Shown here: piece after piece, positions 8,896 to 16,692 of the stretch | Numbering within the stretch: position 1 is the stretch's first letter | Layout of the letters: every line of letters starts with the position of its first letter | Source: a bacterium | Lineage (GTDB): Bacteria > Krumholzibacteriota > Krumholzibacteriia > LZORAL124-64-63 | Reading direction: 5' to 3' | Assembly (NCBI GenBank): GCA_031441465.1 | Contig: JANOEP010000003.1 | Location: 1-29,664 of the forward strand | DNA: 29,664 bases | The notes under the pieces: model-generated | Seen by the model: the letters and a program-made list of their open reading frames with translations, nothing else | What the model was told of the DNA's origin: nothing | Database searches by the model: none | Position numbers and translations under genes: made by a program

Positions 8896-10832
8896 CCCCG
8901 CGTTGTCTCGGCCGCGTGCGTGCCGTCGTGTGCCTCGTGTTCTTGGCCGCGGTCGCCGCCCCCGGCCGGTCGCCGGCGGTCGGCGCCCAAGAGCCGCCGA
9001 CGGTGGAGCGCCTGCTGCGCAGCCGGCCCCCGTCGCCCGAGACCCAGCCTTGGCGTTCGCGCCTGCTCGAAGTCGACCACCTGATCCGGCTGGAGAACTT
9101 CGGCCGCGCCGCGACGATGCTGGAAGAAGCCGAGAAGCTCGGCGCACCGCGCTCCGAGACGCTGACGCGCTGGGTCGCCCTGGCCGTCGGTGCGGGCGAC
9201 GCCGCCCGGGCGGCCGAGCTTTGCCGCGAAGGGCTGAGCGAACGGCCTGGCCAGCTGCGCCTGTTGCGCGCCCTGGCCGATGCCGAGATGGAGCTGGGCC
9301 GATCGGCCGAGGCGCGGGCCGCCCTGGCGGTCCTGTTCGCCGCCAGCCCCAACCGCGCCACGAGCGTCGCCGACGCGGTGGGCATGTGGCGCGCCCACGG
9401 GCAGCCCGCCGAAGCGCTCGCCCTCTGCGACTCGCTGCGCGTCGCCTTGGGCGACCCGCGGATCTTCCAGCGGCAGACAGCCGCCTGCCTGGTCGAACTG
9501 GACCGCATCGAGGCGGGCATGGCCGAGGCGACGGGAGAGTTGACGGCCAACCCGCTGAACCTGCCGCTGGTCCGCGACGAATTGCTCGGCCTGTTGCCCG
9601 GCCGGGCGCAGCGGGAACGCGCCGTCGCGGCCCTGGCGAAGCTGGACCGGGACGTGCCCGCCGCCCGCCTGCTGCGCGCCGACCTGCTGCTGCGGCTCGG
9701 ACTCGTGGACGCGGCCGCGGCGGCGACCGCCGATCTGGTCGACGATCCGGACGGCGCGCAGATCCTGCTGAACGCGGCCGGCATCCTGGCGAGGGAACTG
9801 TCTCTGGAACCGGAGCCCGCGGTGCGGCGCGCCGCATCGTCGTGGTTGATCGCGACCCTCGAAGCGCTGGCCGGTTCGGCGGCGGTGCCCCGCGGGCAGC
9901 AGCTGAAGGTGCTCGACCTGCTGGCCGGCGTCTGCGAGGACGTGCTGACCTTCGACGCTCCGGGCCCGGACCAGGACGCCGTGGCCCGCCGGCTGGACGC
10001 CGTCCTGGAACTGGTGCGCGCACGCAGCCCGGGCTCGAGCCGGCTCTATTCCGCGCGCATCCGGCTGGCCACGTACACGCGCGACGTGCAGGGCCGGCCC
10101 CTGGAGGCGGCCGCCTCGCTGGAGCGCCTGCTGGTCGATCTGGACCTGCCGCTGGAAGGCGTGGCGCTGGCTCGTCTCGCGCTGGGCGAAGCCTACTTCG
10201 CCGCGCGCGACACGGCGCGAGCCAGGACGGTGCTGACGCGTCTGGGCCGCAGCCCGCAGTTCCGCGACGCCGCCGGTCGCGCGCACTACCTGCTGGCCCT
10301 GCTCGATTTCGCGCAGGGCGGCTGGGAGACGGCCCGCGACCGGCTCGCCTCGGTCGCCCTGGACGGCTCCGCCAGCGACGTGGCGAACGACGCGCTCGAC
10401 CTCGGGTTGCTCATCGCCGAGGAACTCATGCAACCCACGGGCGGCCCGTCCCGACTCGAGGCCTACGCGCCGGCGGTCCTGGCGGCCCTGGTCCGCGACG
10501 ACGAGGCCCACCGCGTCGCGCTGCAGGCCTTCGTGCACGGCGCCGCCGGCGACGCGGCCGAGGACCGCCTGCTGGACCGCGCCCGTCTGGAATTGGCCGC
10601 GGCGCTGCTGCGCGCCGGCGACGCGGACGGGGCGGCGGCGCAGTGCCGGCTCGTGGCGACGGAACATCCGTCGGGACCGCTCGCGCCGCGGGCGTTGCTG
10701 CGCGAGGGCGAGGCCCTGGTCGCGGCGCAGCGCGCGCCGGAAGGTCGCACCGTCTGGGAGCGCCTGCTGCTGCAGTACCCCGACGCCATGGAAGCCGAGG
10801 ACGCACGCCTCAAGCTCAGGAGATCGCCGTGA
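8892..10832 (+). CDS. Tetratricopeptide repeat protein, probably exported
   Basis: GTG at 8892 overlaps the previous TGA (GTGA) and is in frame with ORF 8760..10832. Signal-peptide-like start, then TPR helices (ARLALGEAYF, AHYLLALLDFAQGGWETA, ALLREGEAL, WERLLLQYPD). Confidence 0.82.
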   Translation: MTPRCLGRVRAVVCLVFLAAVAAPGRSPAVGAQEPPTVERLLRSRPPSPETQPWRSRLLEVDHLIRLENFGRAATMLEEAEKLGAPRSETLTRWVALAVGAGDAARAAELCREGLSERPGQLRLLRALADAEMELGRSAEARAALAVLFAASPNRATSVADAVGMWRAHGQPAEALALCDSLRVALGDPRIFQRQTAACLVELDRIEAGMAEATGELTANPLNLPLVRDELLGLLPGRAQRERAVAALAKLDRDVPAARLLRADLLLRLGLVDAAAAATADLVDDPDGAQILLNAAGILARELSLEPEPAVRRAASSWLIATLEALAGSAAVPRGQQLKVLDLLAGVCEDVLTFDAPGPDQDAVARRLDAVLELVRARSPGSSRLYSARIRLATYTRDVQGRPLEAAASLERLLVDLDLPLEGVALARLALGEAYFAARDTARARTVLTRLGRSPQFRDAAGRAHYLLALLDFAQGGWETARDRLASVALDGSASDVANDALDLGLLIAEELMQPTGGPSRLEAYAPAVLAALVRDDEAHRVALQAFVHGAAGDAAEDRLLDRARLELAAALLRAGDADGAAAQCRLVATEHPSGPLAPRALLREGEALVAAQRAPEGRTVWERLLLQYPDAMEAEDARLKLRRSP

Positions 10833-12124
10833 ACCGACCGACGCCCGCGCACCGGCTCCCGGGGGCGCTCCTGCGCGCCTCGCTGCTCGCGATGCTGCTC
10901 TCCACGGCGGCCACGACCGCCCGCGCCCAGTGGCTGCTGGTGCCCATGGATCTGGAACAATCCAACCACCTGAAGGCCTACGGCTTGGCCTTCTCGGTGC
11001 TGCAGGACGGCGCCCGCGTGAACTGGCTGCTCAACTACCGCGGCGGCAGCTTCCTGATGCGCGATGTGGGCGGGGTCCGCCTGGCGGCGCGCCTGCGCGG
11101 CGTGGACTGCCAGGAGATCGACGACGCCCGGGTGGCGTCGATCCGCGCGCAGATGCAGACGGGGAACATGGAGGAAGTGCTGCTGGAGAAGCCGCCGCGC
11201 ATCGCGGTCTACGTGCCGCCGAATTTCCAGCCCTGGGACGACGCCGTGACCCTGGCCATGGACTACGCCGAGATCCCCTACGACACCGTCTTCGACGCGG
11301 AGGTCCTCGCCGGGCGGCTCGCCGAATACGACTGGCTCCACTTGCACCACGAGGACTTCACCGGCCAGTTCGGCAAGTTCTTCGCCGCCTACCGGCTCGA
11401 ACCGTGGTACCTGGAGCAGCAGACGCTGACCGAACAGACCGCCGAGCGGCTCGGCTTCGGATCGGTCTGGAAGCTCAAGCAGGCGGTGGCGCTGCGCATC
11501 CGGGACTACGTCGAGGGGGGCGGCTTCCTGTTCGCGATGTGTTCGGCCACCGACACCGTCGACCTCGCGCTCGCCTACCTGGGCACCGACATCGTGCCGC
11601 CGGAGATCGACGGCACACCCCTGGCTCCCGACCGCGAGAGCCGCCGCGACGACGGCCGCACCTTCGCCTTCACGGGCTTCACGCTGGTCACCAACCCGCT
11701 GGTCTACGAGTTCTCCGACCTCGACACGAGCGACTACGCCGGCTTGCGGGGGCCCGAGGCCGACTACTTCACGCTGTTCTCCTTCGCGGCGAAGCAGGAT
11801 CCGGTGCCGACGATGCTCACGCAGTGCCACGTCAACGTCGTCAACGGCTTCATGGGGCAGACGACGGGCTTCCATCGCCGCTTCCTCAAGCGCCACGTCC
11901 TGGTACTGGCCGAGGTCGAGGGGACCGACGAGGTGCGCTACCTGCACGGCAAGCTGGGGATGGGGACCTTCACGTTCCTGGGCGGTCACGACCCCGAGGA
12001 CTACCAGCACGCCGTGGGGGACCCGCCGACGGACCTGGACCTGTACCGGACATCGCCCGGCTACCGCCTGATCCTCAACAACGTGCTGTTCCCGGCCGCG
12101 CGGCAGAAGCCGCAGAAGACCTAG
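10829..12124 (+). CDS. Exported protein with class I glutamine amidotransferase-like segment (FCB family often auto-labelled 'asparagine synthetase B')
   Basis: GTG at 10829 overlaps the previous TGA, with SD AGGAG. Signal peptide ...TTARA|Q. Motifs LVPMD..QSNHLKAYG, WLLNYRGGSF, WDDAVTLA, YDWLHLHHEDFTGQFGKF, GGFLFAMCSATD, GGHDPEDYQH and SPGYRLILNNVLFPAA. Confidence 0.8.
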   Translation: MNRPTPAHRLPGALLRASLLAMLLSTAATTARAQWLLVPMDLEQSNHLKAYGLAFSVLQDGARVNWLLNYRGGSFLMRDVGGVRLAARLRGVDCQEIDDARVASIRAQMQTGNMEEVLLEKPPRIAVYVPPNFQPWDDAVTLAMDYAEIPYDTVFDAEVLAGRLAEYDWLHLHHEDFTGQFGKFFAAYRLEPWYLEQQTLTEQTAERLGFGSVWKLKQAVALRIRDYVEGGGFLFAMCSATDTVDLALAYLGTDIVPPEIDGTPLAPDRESRRDDGRTFAFTGFTLVTNPLVYEFSDLDTSDYAGLRGPEADYFTLFSFAAKQDPVPTMLTQCHVNVVNGFMGQTTGFHRRFLKRHVLVLAEVEGTDEVRYLHGKLGMGTFTFLGGHDPEDYQHAVGDPPTDLDLYRTSPGYRLILNNVLFPAARQKPQKT

Positions 12125-12283
12125 TGTCCTGAGTCGGAAATACGTTGCCTTTTCGCCGGCCCTCCCGCCGCCCGGCCGCGTTACTCCTCCTCGGCGTAGG
12201 AGGGCTACGCTCTCGTCGTCGCGCCTTGCCGGGCGGCGGGAGGGCCGGCGAAAAGGCAACGTATTTCCGACTCAGGACACTAG
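12121..12283. mobile_element. MITE-like palindromic element, 56-bp perfect terminal inverted repeats, CTAG at both ends
   Basis: 12121-12176 is the exact reverse complement of 12228-12283. The 51-bp core contains hairpin GCGTAG-gaggg-CTACGC. It has no coding capacity and lies between convergent genes. Confidence 0.8.
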
Positions 12284-13122
12284 CGCCGCCTCGCGGCGGC
12301 CCGGCGCCGCAGCAGCAGGACGATCCCCGTGACGGCGGCGAACGAGACCGTCGCCCCGCCCCAGTCCAGGAGCGTGGCCGGCGGCTCCTCCTCGACCAGA
12401 CCGCCCTGGATCACCAGCAGGGTCAGCGCCACGGCGTTGTGGACCGCGTGGACGATCACCGCGGACCAGAGCGAACCGGTCAGCTCGTAGACCGCCGCCA
12501 GCAGCAGTCCCAGCGCCACCAGCCCGAACAGGTACCAGGGTTCGCCGTGGACGAGGCCGAAGGCGAGCGCCGAGACGACGGCCGCCGGCCACGGGCCCCA
12601 CGCGCGCCGCCCGAGCCGGTAGATGAGGCCGCGGAAGACCATCTCCTCGGCCAGGGGCGCGGCCACCACCACCGCCGCCGCCGCCAGGACGATGCCGGCG
12701 GCGCTGCCGGGCAGATGGACGTTGTACATCGCGATCCACTCGGGACCCGGCGGGTGCAGCCGCGAGGACAGGCCGGCCAGCAGCGAGGTGGGCAGCAGCG
12801 AGCCCAGGGCCGCGGCCGCGCACAGCAGTTGCTCGGCCGCCGGCATCCGCGACAGGTCGAACGCGGCGTGCGGCGCGCCGCCGCGCGCCTGGGCGGCGGC
12901 GGCGGCGAACAGGATCGTCAACGCGGCGCCGGCGCCGGCGGCCGCGAAGAGGTTGTCGGTCATCTGGAAGGCGAGGACCTGCGCGGCGAGGTTGGCCGCC
13001 ATCAGGGAGAACACCAGCACGACCAGCCGGGTCGTGGACCAGCCGGTCCAGCCGTCGGCGGCGGGAAGCGGCCGTTCCGGAGGGGGAGCGTCGGGCGGCG
13101 GTGTGGGGTCGTCGGGATGCAA
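12280..13122 (-). CDS. CPBP family (CAAX/Abi) intramembrane glutamic endopeptidase
   Basis: TTG start after GGAAGGA; multi-TM protein with motifs PLAEEMVFRG, FGLVH and HAVHN. Confidence 0.9.
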   Translation of the reverse strand: MHPDDPTPPPDAPPPERPLPAADGWTGWSTTRLVVLVFSLMAANLAAQVLAFQMTDNLFAAAGAGAALTILFAAAAAQARGGAPHAAFDLSRMPAAEQLLCAAAALGSLLPTSLLAGLSSRLHPPGPEWIAMYNVHLPGSAAGIVLAAAAVVVAAPLAEEMVFRGLIYRLGRRAWGPWPAAVVSALAFGLVHGEPWYLFGLVALGLLLAAVYELTGSLWSAVIVHAVHNAVALTLLVIQGGLVEEEPPATLLDWGGATVSFAAVTGIVLLLRRRAAARRR

Positions 13123-13163
13123 GGCGGTCCTTCCGTCGTGGGGAGCGCGCTGGCAGGCCCGCC

Positions 13164-13192
13164 TTGGCGCGGGATCCCCGAGCGGTTAATAT
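13164..13192 (+). promoter_or_regulatory. Putative sigma-70 promoter for HAD-nnr-tsaD
   Basis: TTGGCG (13164-13169), 17 bp, TAATAT (13187-13192), in a short divergent intergenic region. Confidence 0.55.
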
Positions 13193-13224
13193 GCAGCCAA
13201 CGGCTGCGGAGCGAAAGGGGCGAC

Positions 13225-13962
13225 ATGTCGGAACTGCGCGAAGGACGAGCGATCAGGGCGGTGGTCTTCGACCTGGACAACACGCTCACCGATTTCATGA
13301 AGGCCAAGCGGGGCGCCATCCGGGCGGCGGCCGACGCGATGATCGACGCCGGCCTGGTGATGGACCAGCAGCTGGTCTACGACCGCATCTTCGCCATCTA
13401 CGACGAGGTCGGCATCGAGCACCAGCGCGTGTTCAACCGCTTCCTGACCGAGGCGACGGGTCGCGTGGACGACCACGTGCTGGCCCCGGCGGTCGTGGCC
13501 TACCGCCGCGCCCGCGAGGCTTCGCTCGTGCCGTACCCGCACGTCCAGCGCGTCGTCTACCAGCTGGTCAAGGACGGCTACAAGTTGGCCGTGGTCAGCG
13601 ACGCGCCGCGCTTCGAGGCCTGGCTGCGCCTCTGCTACCTCGGCCTGCAGCACGTGTTCGACGCCGTGCTGACCCACGACGACACCGGCGCGCGCAAGCC
13701 CGACCCGGTGCCCTTCCGCATGGCGCTCGAGCGGCTCGGGGTCGCTCCCGGCCAGGCGGTCATGGTCGGGGACTGGCCGGAGCGCGACATCGTCGGCGGT
13801 CTGGTCGCCGGCCTGCACACGGTCTACGCCCGTTACGGGGACACCTACGGTTCGCCGGACCGCCCGCGGACCACGGACTCGGGCGCCCACTTCGTGATCG
13901 ACGACCTGCTGCAGCTGCTCGGCGTGCTCGAGCAGCTCGAGCGGCGGACCCGGGAGGCCTGA
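13225..13962 (+). CDS. HAD-superfamily hydrolase, subfamily IA
   Basis: ATG at 13225 after GAAAGGGG (3' part of ORF 12145..13962). Motif I VVFDLDNTL, motif II VVSD, motif III KPDP, motif IV MVGD..ERDI. Confidence 0.92.
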   Translation: MSELREGRAIRAVVFDLDNTLTDFMKAKRGAIRAAADAMIDAGLVMDQQLVYDRIFAIYDEVGIEHQRVFNRFLTEATGRVDDHVLAPAVVAYRRAREASLVPYPHVQRVVYQLVKDGYKLAVVSDAPRFEAWLRLCYLGLQHVFDAVLTHDDTGARKPDPVPFRMALERLGVAPGQAVMVGDWPERDIVGGLVAGLHTVYARYGDTYGSPDRPRTTDSGAHFVIDDLLQLLGVLEQLERRTREA

Positions 13963-13963
13963 G

Positions 13964-15565
13964 ATGCGCGTGGCCACGAGCGCCGGCATGGCGGCCATCG
14001 ACCGCGAGACGATCCGGGGCGGCGTGCCCGGCCACGAACTCATGGAGCGCGCCGGCCGCGAGATGACCTGGCAACTGCTGCGGGAATTCCCCGCGCTCGC
14101 GCCGCCGGCCCAGGTCGGCGTGGTCTGCGGCAAGGGGAACAACGGCGGCGACGGGCTGGTCGTGGCGCGGCTGCTGGAGAATCTGGGTTTCGAGGTGCGG
14201 GTGCTGCTGTTGGCCGCCGCGGCCGACCTGTCGGGCGACGCGCGCGCGAACCTCGACCGCCTGCCGCCGGGCGTGGTCGTCGACGTCGTCCCGCCCGATC
14301 TGTGGGCCGACCGGGCCGGCGACCTGTGCGCGGAGTCGGACCTGGTGGTCGACGCGGTCTTCGGCACCGGCGTCGTGCTGCCCCTGCGCCCCGGCTATGC
14401 CGCGCTGTTCGCGGCGCTGAACGACGGCGGGGCGCCGCTCGCGAGTCTGGACCTGCCCTCGGGCGTGGGCGGGGACGACGGCGCCGTCGATCCGGTCGCC
14501 GTGCGCGCCGACGCCACCATCACTGTCGGCCTGCCCAAGCTGGGCTTGCTGCTGCCGCCGGGGCGCGACCACGTCGGCGCGCTGTCGGTCGTGGACATCG
14601 GGTTCGACGACGAAGCCTGCGCCCGGCACACGGAGCCCCGTCACTGGCTGCTGCCCCGGGACTACGCCGAACTGCTGCCGCCGCGACCCAGCGCCACGCA
14701 CAAGTACGAGGCCGGGACCGTGCTGGTGCTCGCGGGCTCCGCCCGCTACGGCGGCGCGGCGCTGCTCGCGGCGCTGGGCGCGCTGCGCTCCGGAGCCGGC
14801 CTGGTCACGCTCGCTCTGCCGCAGGCGCACGCGGCCGCGGCCACGGCCTTCGTCCCCGAAGCGCCCGTCCGCGCCCTGCCGACCGGCCCGCGCGGCGGGC
14901 TGTTGCCCGTGATCGGCGAAGAACTGGTCGCGCTGCTGCATCGCCAGCGGGCTCTGGCCGTGGGCCCGGGCCTCGGCGACGACCCGGACACCGACCGCTT
15001 CGTCGTGGACCTGTTGGCCGCGTCGTCGTTGCCGGTCGTGGTCGACGCCGACGCCCTTTCCGCGTTCGCGCGGCTGGGCGTGCCGCCCCGCGGCGGCGCC
15101 GGTCCGGCGGTGATCACGCCGCACGGCGGCGAGCTGGCCCGGCTGGCCGGCCTCGATCCCGCCGAGCTGGCCGCGCGGCGGCTGGAACTCGTGCCCGAAC
15201 TCGCCGCGCGCTGGGGCGTGGTGCTGGTCGCCAAGGGTTCCCCGACGCTGGTGGCGGCTCCCGACGGCCTGCTCTGGTTCAACCCCACCGGTAACGACGC
15301 GCTGGCCCATGGCGGCACCGGCGACGTGCTGACCGGCCTGATCGGCGGCCTGCTGGCCCAGGGCTGCGCGCCGCTCGACGCCGCGTTGCTCGGTTGCTGG
15401 CTGCACGGCCGCGCCGGCGAGTTGGCGGCCGAAGGCGGCTCGCGCCGCGCCGTGCTGGCCCGCGAAGTCGCCGACCGGCTGCCCGCCGCCCTGGCCGAAC
15501 TGGAAGTCCTAGTCGAACTGGAACCACTGGCCGAGCCGGAAGACCCGTCGGGAGAGGGAGCATGA
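13964..15565 (+). CDS. nnr: Bifunctional NAD(P)H-hydrate epimerase/dehydratase (YjeF)
   Basis: LMERAG, CGKGNNGGDG, DAVFGTG, DLPSG (YjeF_N domain); HKYEAG, GPGLG, VVDADAL, ITPHGGE, GGTGDVLTG (dehydratase domain). Confidence 0.95.
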   Translation: MRVATSAGMAAIDRETIRGGVPGHELMERAGREMTWQLLREFPALAPPAQVGVVCGKGNNGGDGLVVARLLENLGFEVRVLLLAAAADLSGDARANLDRLPPGVVVDVVPPDLWADRAGDLCAESDLVVDAVFGTGVVLPLRPGYAALFAALNDGGAPLASLDLPSGVGGDDGAVDPVAVRADATITVGLPKLGLLLPPGRDHVGALSVVDIGFDDEACARHTEPRHWLLPRDYAELLPPRPSATHKYEAGTVLVLAGSARYGGAALLAALGALRSGAGLVTLALPQAHAAAATAFVPEAPVRALPTGPRGGLLPVIGEELVALLHRQRALAVGPGLGDDPDTDRFVVDLLAASSLPVVVDADALSAFARLGVPPRGGAGPAVITPHGGELARLAGLDPAELAARRLELVPELAARWGVVLVAKGSPTLVAAPDGLLWFNPTGNDALAHGGTGDVLTGLIGGLLAQGCAPLDAALLGCWLHGRAGELAAEGGSRRAVLAREVADRLPAALAELEVLVELEPLAEPEDPSGEGA

Positions 15566-16572
15566 AGGTCCTGGGCATCGAGACCTCCTGCGACGACACC
15601 AGCGTCGCGCTCTACGATTCGGATCAGGGCGTGCTGGAGAACCTCGTCTCGAGCCAGGTCGATCTGCACGGTCACTTCGGCGGCGTGGTCCCGGAGCTGG
15701 CCTCGCGTGCGCACCTGGTCAACCTGCTGCCCCTGGTCGAGGTGCTGCTGGAGCGGCAGCGCCTCGCACTGGACGATCTCGACGGCGTGGCGGTCACGGC
15801 CGGGCCCGGTCTGATCGGCGCCCTGCTGGTGGGGCTGTCCACCGCGAAGGCCCTCTGCTGGTCGGCCCGCAAGCCGTTGATCGGGGTCCACCACATCGAA
15901 GGCCACATCCTGGCCAACCTGCTGTCCGGCCCGCTGGCGCTGCCCGCGGCCGTGCTGGTGGTCTCGGGAGGCCACACCGAGGTCGTGCTGATGTCGGAGG
16001 TGGGCCGGTACCGGCGGCTCGGCTGGACGCTGGACGACGCGGCCGGGGAGTGCTTCGACAAGACGGCCCAGCTGCTGGGCCTGCCGTATCCCGGCGGCCC
16101 GGTCATCGACCGTCTCGCCGAGCGCGGCCGGTCCGGGCGCTTCGCGTTGCCGCGGCCGTTGAGCCGCGACCCGCGCCTGGTGTTCAGCTTCAGCGGCCTC
16201 AAGACGGCCGTCCGGGTGCTGGTCGACTCGCTGCCCCGGCCGCTGGACGACCAGACCGTGGCCGATATCTGCCGAGCCCTGCGCGAGGCGATCGTCGACG
16301 TGCTCGTCCAGCGCCTGTTCCAGGCCGCGCGCGAGCACCGCGTGCAGGGGGTCTACCTGGCCGGCGGCGTGGCGGCCAACGCGCTGCTGCGCGAACGGGC
16401 CGCCGGGGAGGCGTCGGCCGGCGGCTTTGCATTCCGCCCCCCCGAGCGTGTCTACTGCACCGACAACGCGGCCATGATCGCCTGCGCCGGCCACGCCCGC
16501 CTGGAGGCCGGTTTTTCGGATCCCCTTGATTTGGATGGATTTGCGCGCGCCCCGCTCGCGTCCTGGCGCTGA
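15562..16572 (+). CDS. tsaD: tRNA N6-adenosine threonylcarbamoyltransferase
   Basis: ATG overlaps the nnr stop (ATGA). LGIETSCDDTS, GGVVPELASRAH, HHIEGH, VSGGHT, DDAAGECFDK, FSFSGLKTA, CTDNAAMIA. Confidence 0.97.
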   Translation: MKVLGIETSCDDTSVALYDSDQGVLENLVSSQVDLHGHFGGVVPELASRAHLVNLLPLVEVLLERQRLALDDLDGVAVTAGPGLIGALLVGLSTAKALCWSARKPLIGVHHIEGHILANLLSGPLALPAAVLVVSGGHTEVVLMSEVGRYRRLGWTLDDAAGECFDKTAQLLGLPYPGGPVIDRLAERGRSGRFALPRPLSRDPRLVFSFSGLKTAVRVLVDSLPRPLDDQTVADICRALREAIVDVLVQRLFQAAREHRVQGVYLAGGVAANALLRERAAGEASAGGFAFRPPERVYCTDNAAMIACAGHARLEAGFSDPLDLDGFARAPLASWR

Positions 16573-16624
16573 TCTGCCTCCGCCCGCCCCGTCGTTCCCG
16601 CCCGTGGTGCGAACGTCCCCATGA

Positions 16625-16639
16625 TGGCACGACCTTTGC
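16625..16639 (+). promoter_or_regulatory. Sigma-54 (RpoN) -24/-12 promoter
   Basis: TGGCACG-ACCT-TTGC matches the TGGCACG-N4-TTGC consensus with GG-N10-GC spacing. It is intergenic, about 54 bp upstream of the signalling operon. Confidence 0.8.
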
Positions 16640-16692
16640 GTCTGGCTCGTCGGTTCTACCTGTAAAGAGCAATCCGAACGCGATTTGCACGG

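Noticed and set aside
8903..10828. Apparent 1073-aa fusion ORF 8903..12124
   Set aside because: The first ~640 codons shadow the TPR gene. The real start is GTG 10829, with SD and signal peptide.
12145..12259. Two opposite-strand ORFs both starting MPFRRPSRRPA (12145..13962 + and 10463..12259 -)
   Set aside because: Artefact of the inverted repeat arms. The real HAD gene starts at 13225.
12121..12283. CRISPR array or tRNA reading of the palindrome
   Set aside because: A single inverted pair with no direct repeat-spacer periodicity, no cas genes and no cloverleaf or T-loop motif.
12280..13122. CPBP/'Abi' gene as a phage-defence system
   Set aside because: The Abi label of this family is historical; there is no defence-island context here.
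16640..16692. c-di-GMP riboswitch upstream of the GGDEF operon
   Set aside because: The leader is too short and lacks class I/II consensus; only a weak GCAA...TTGC hairpin is present.
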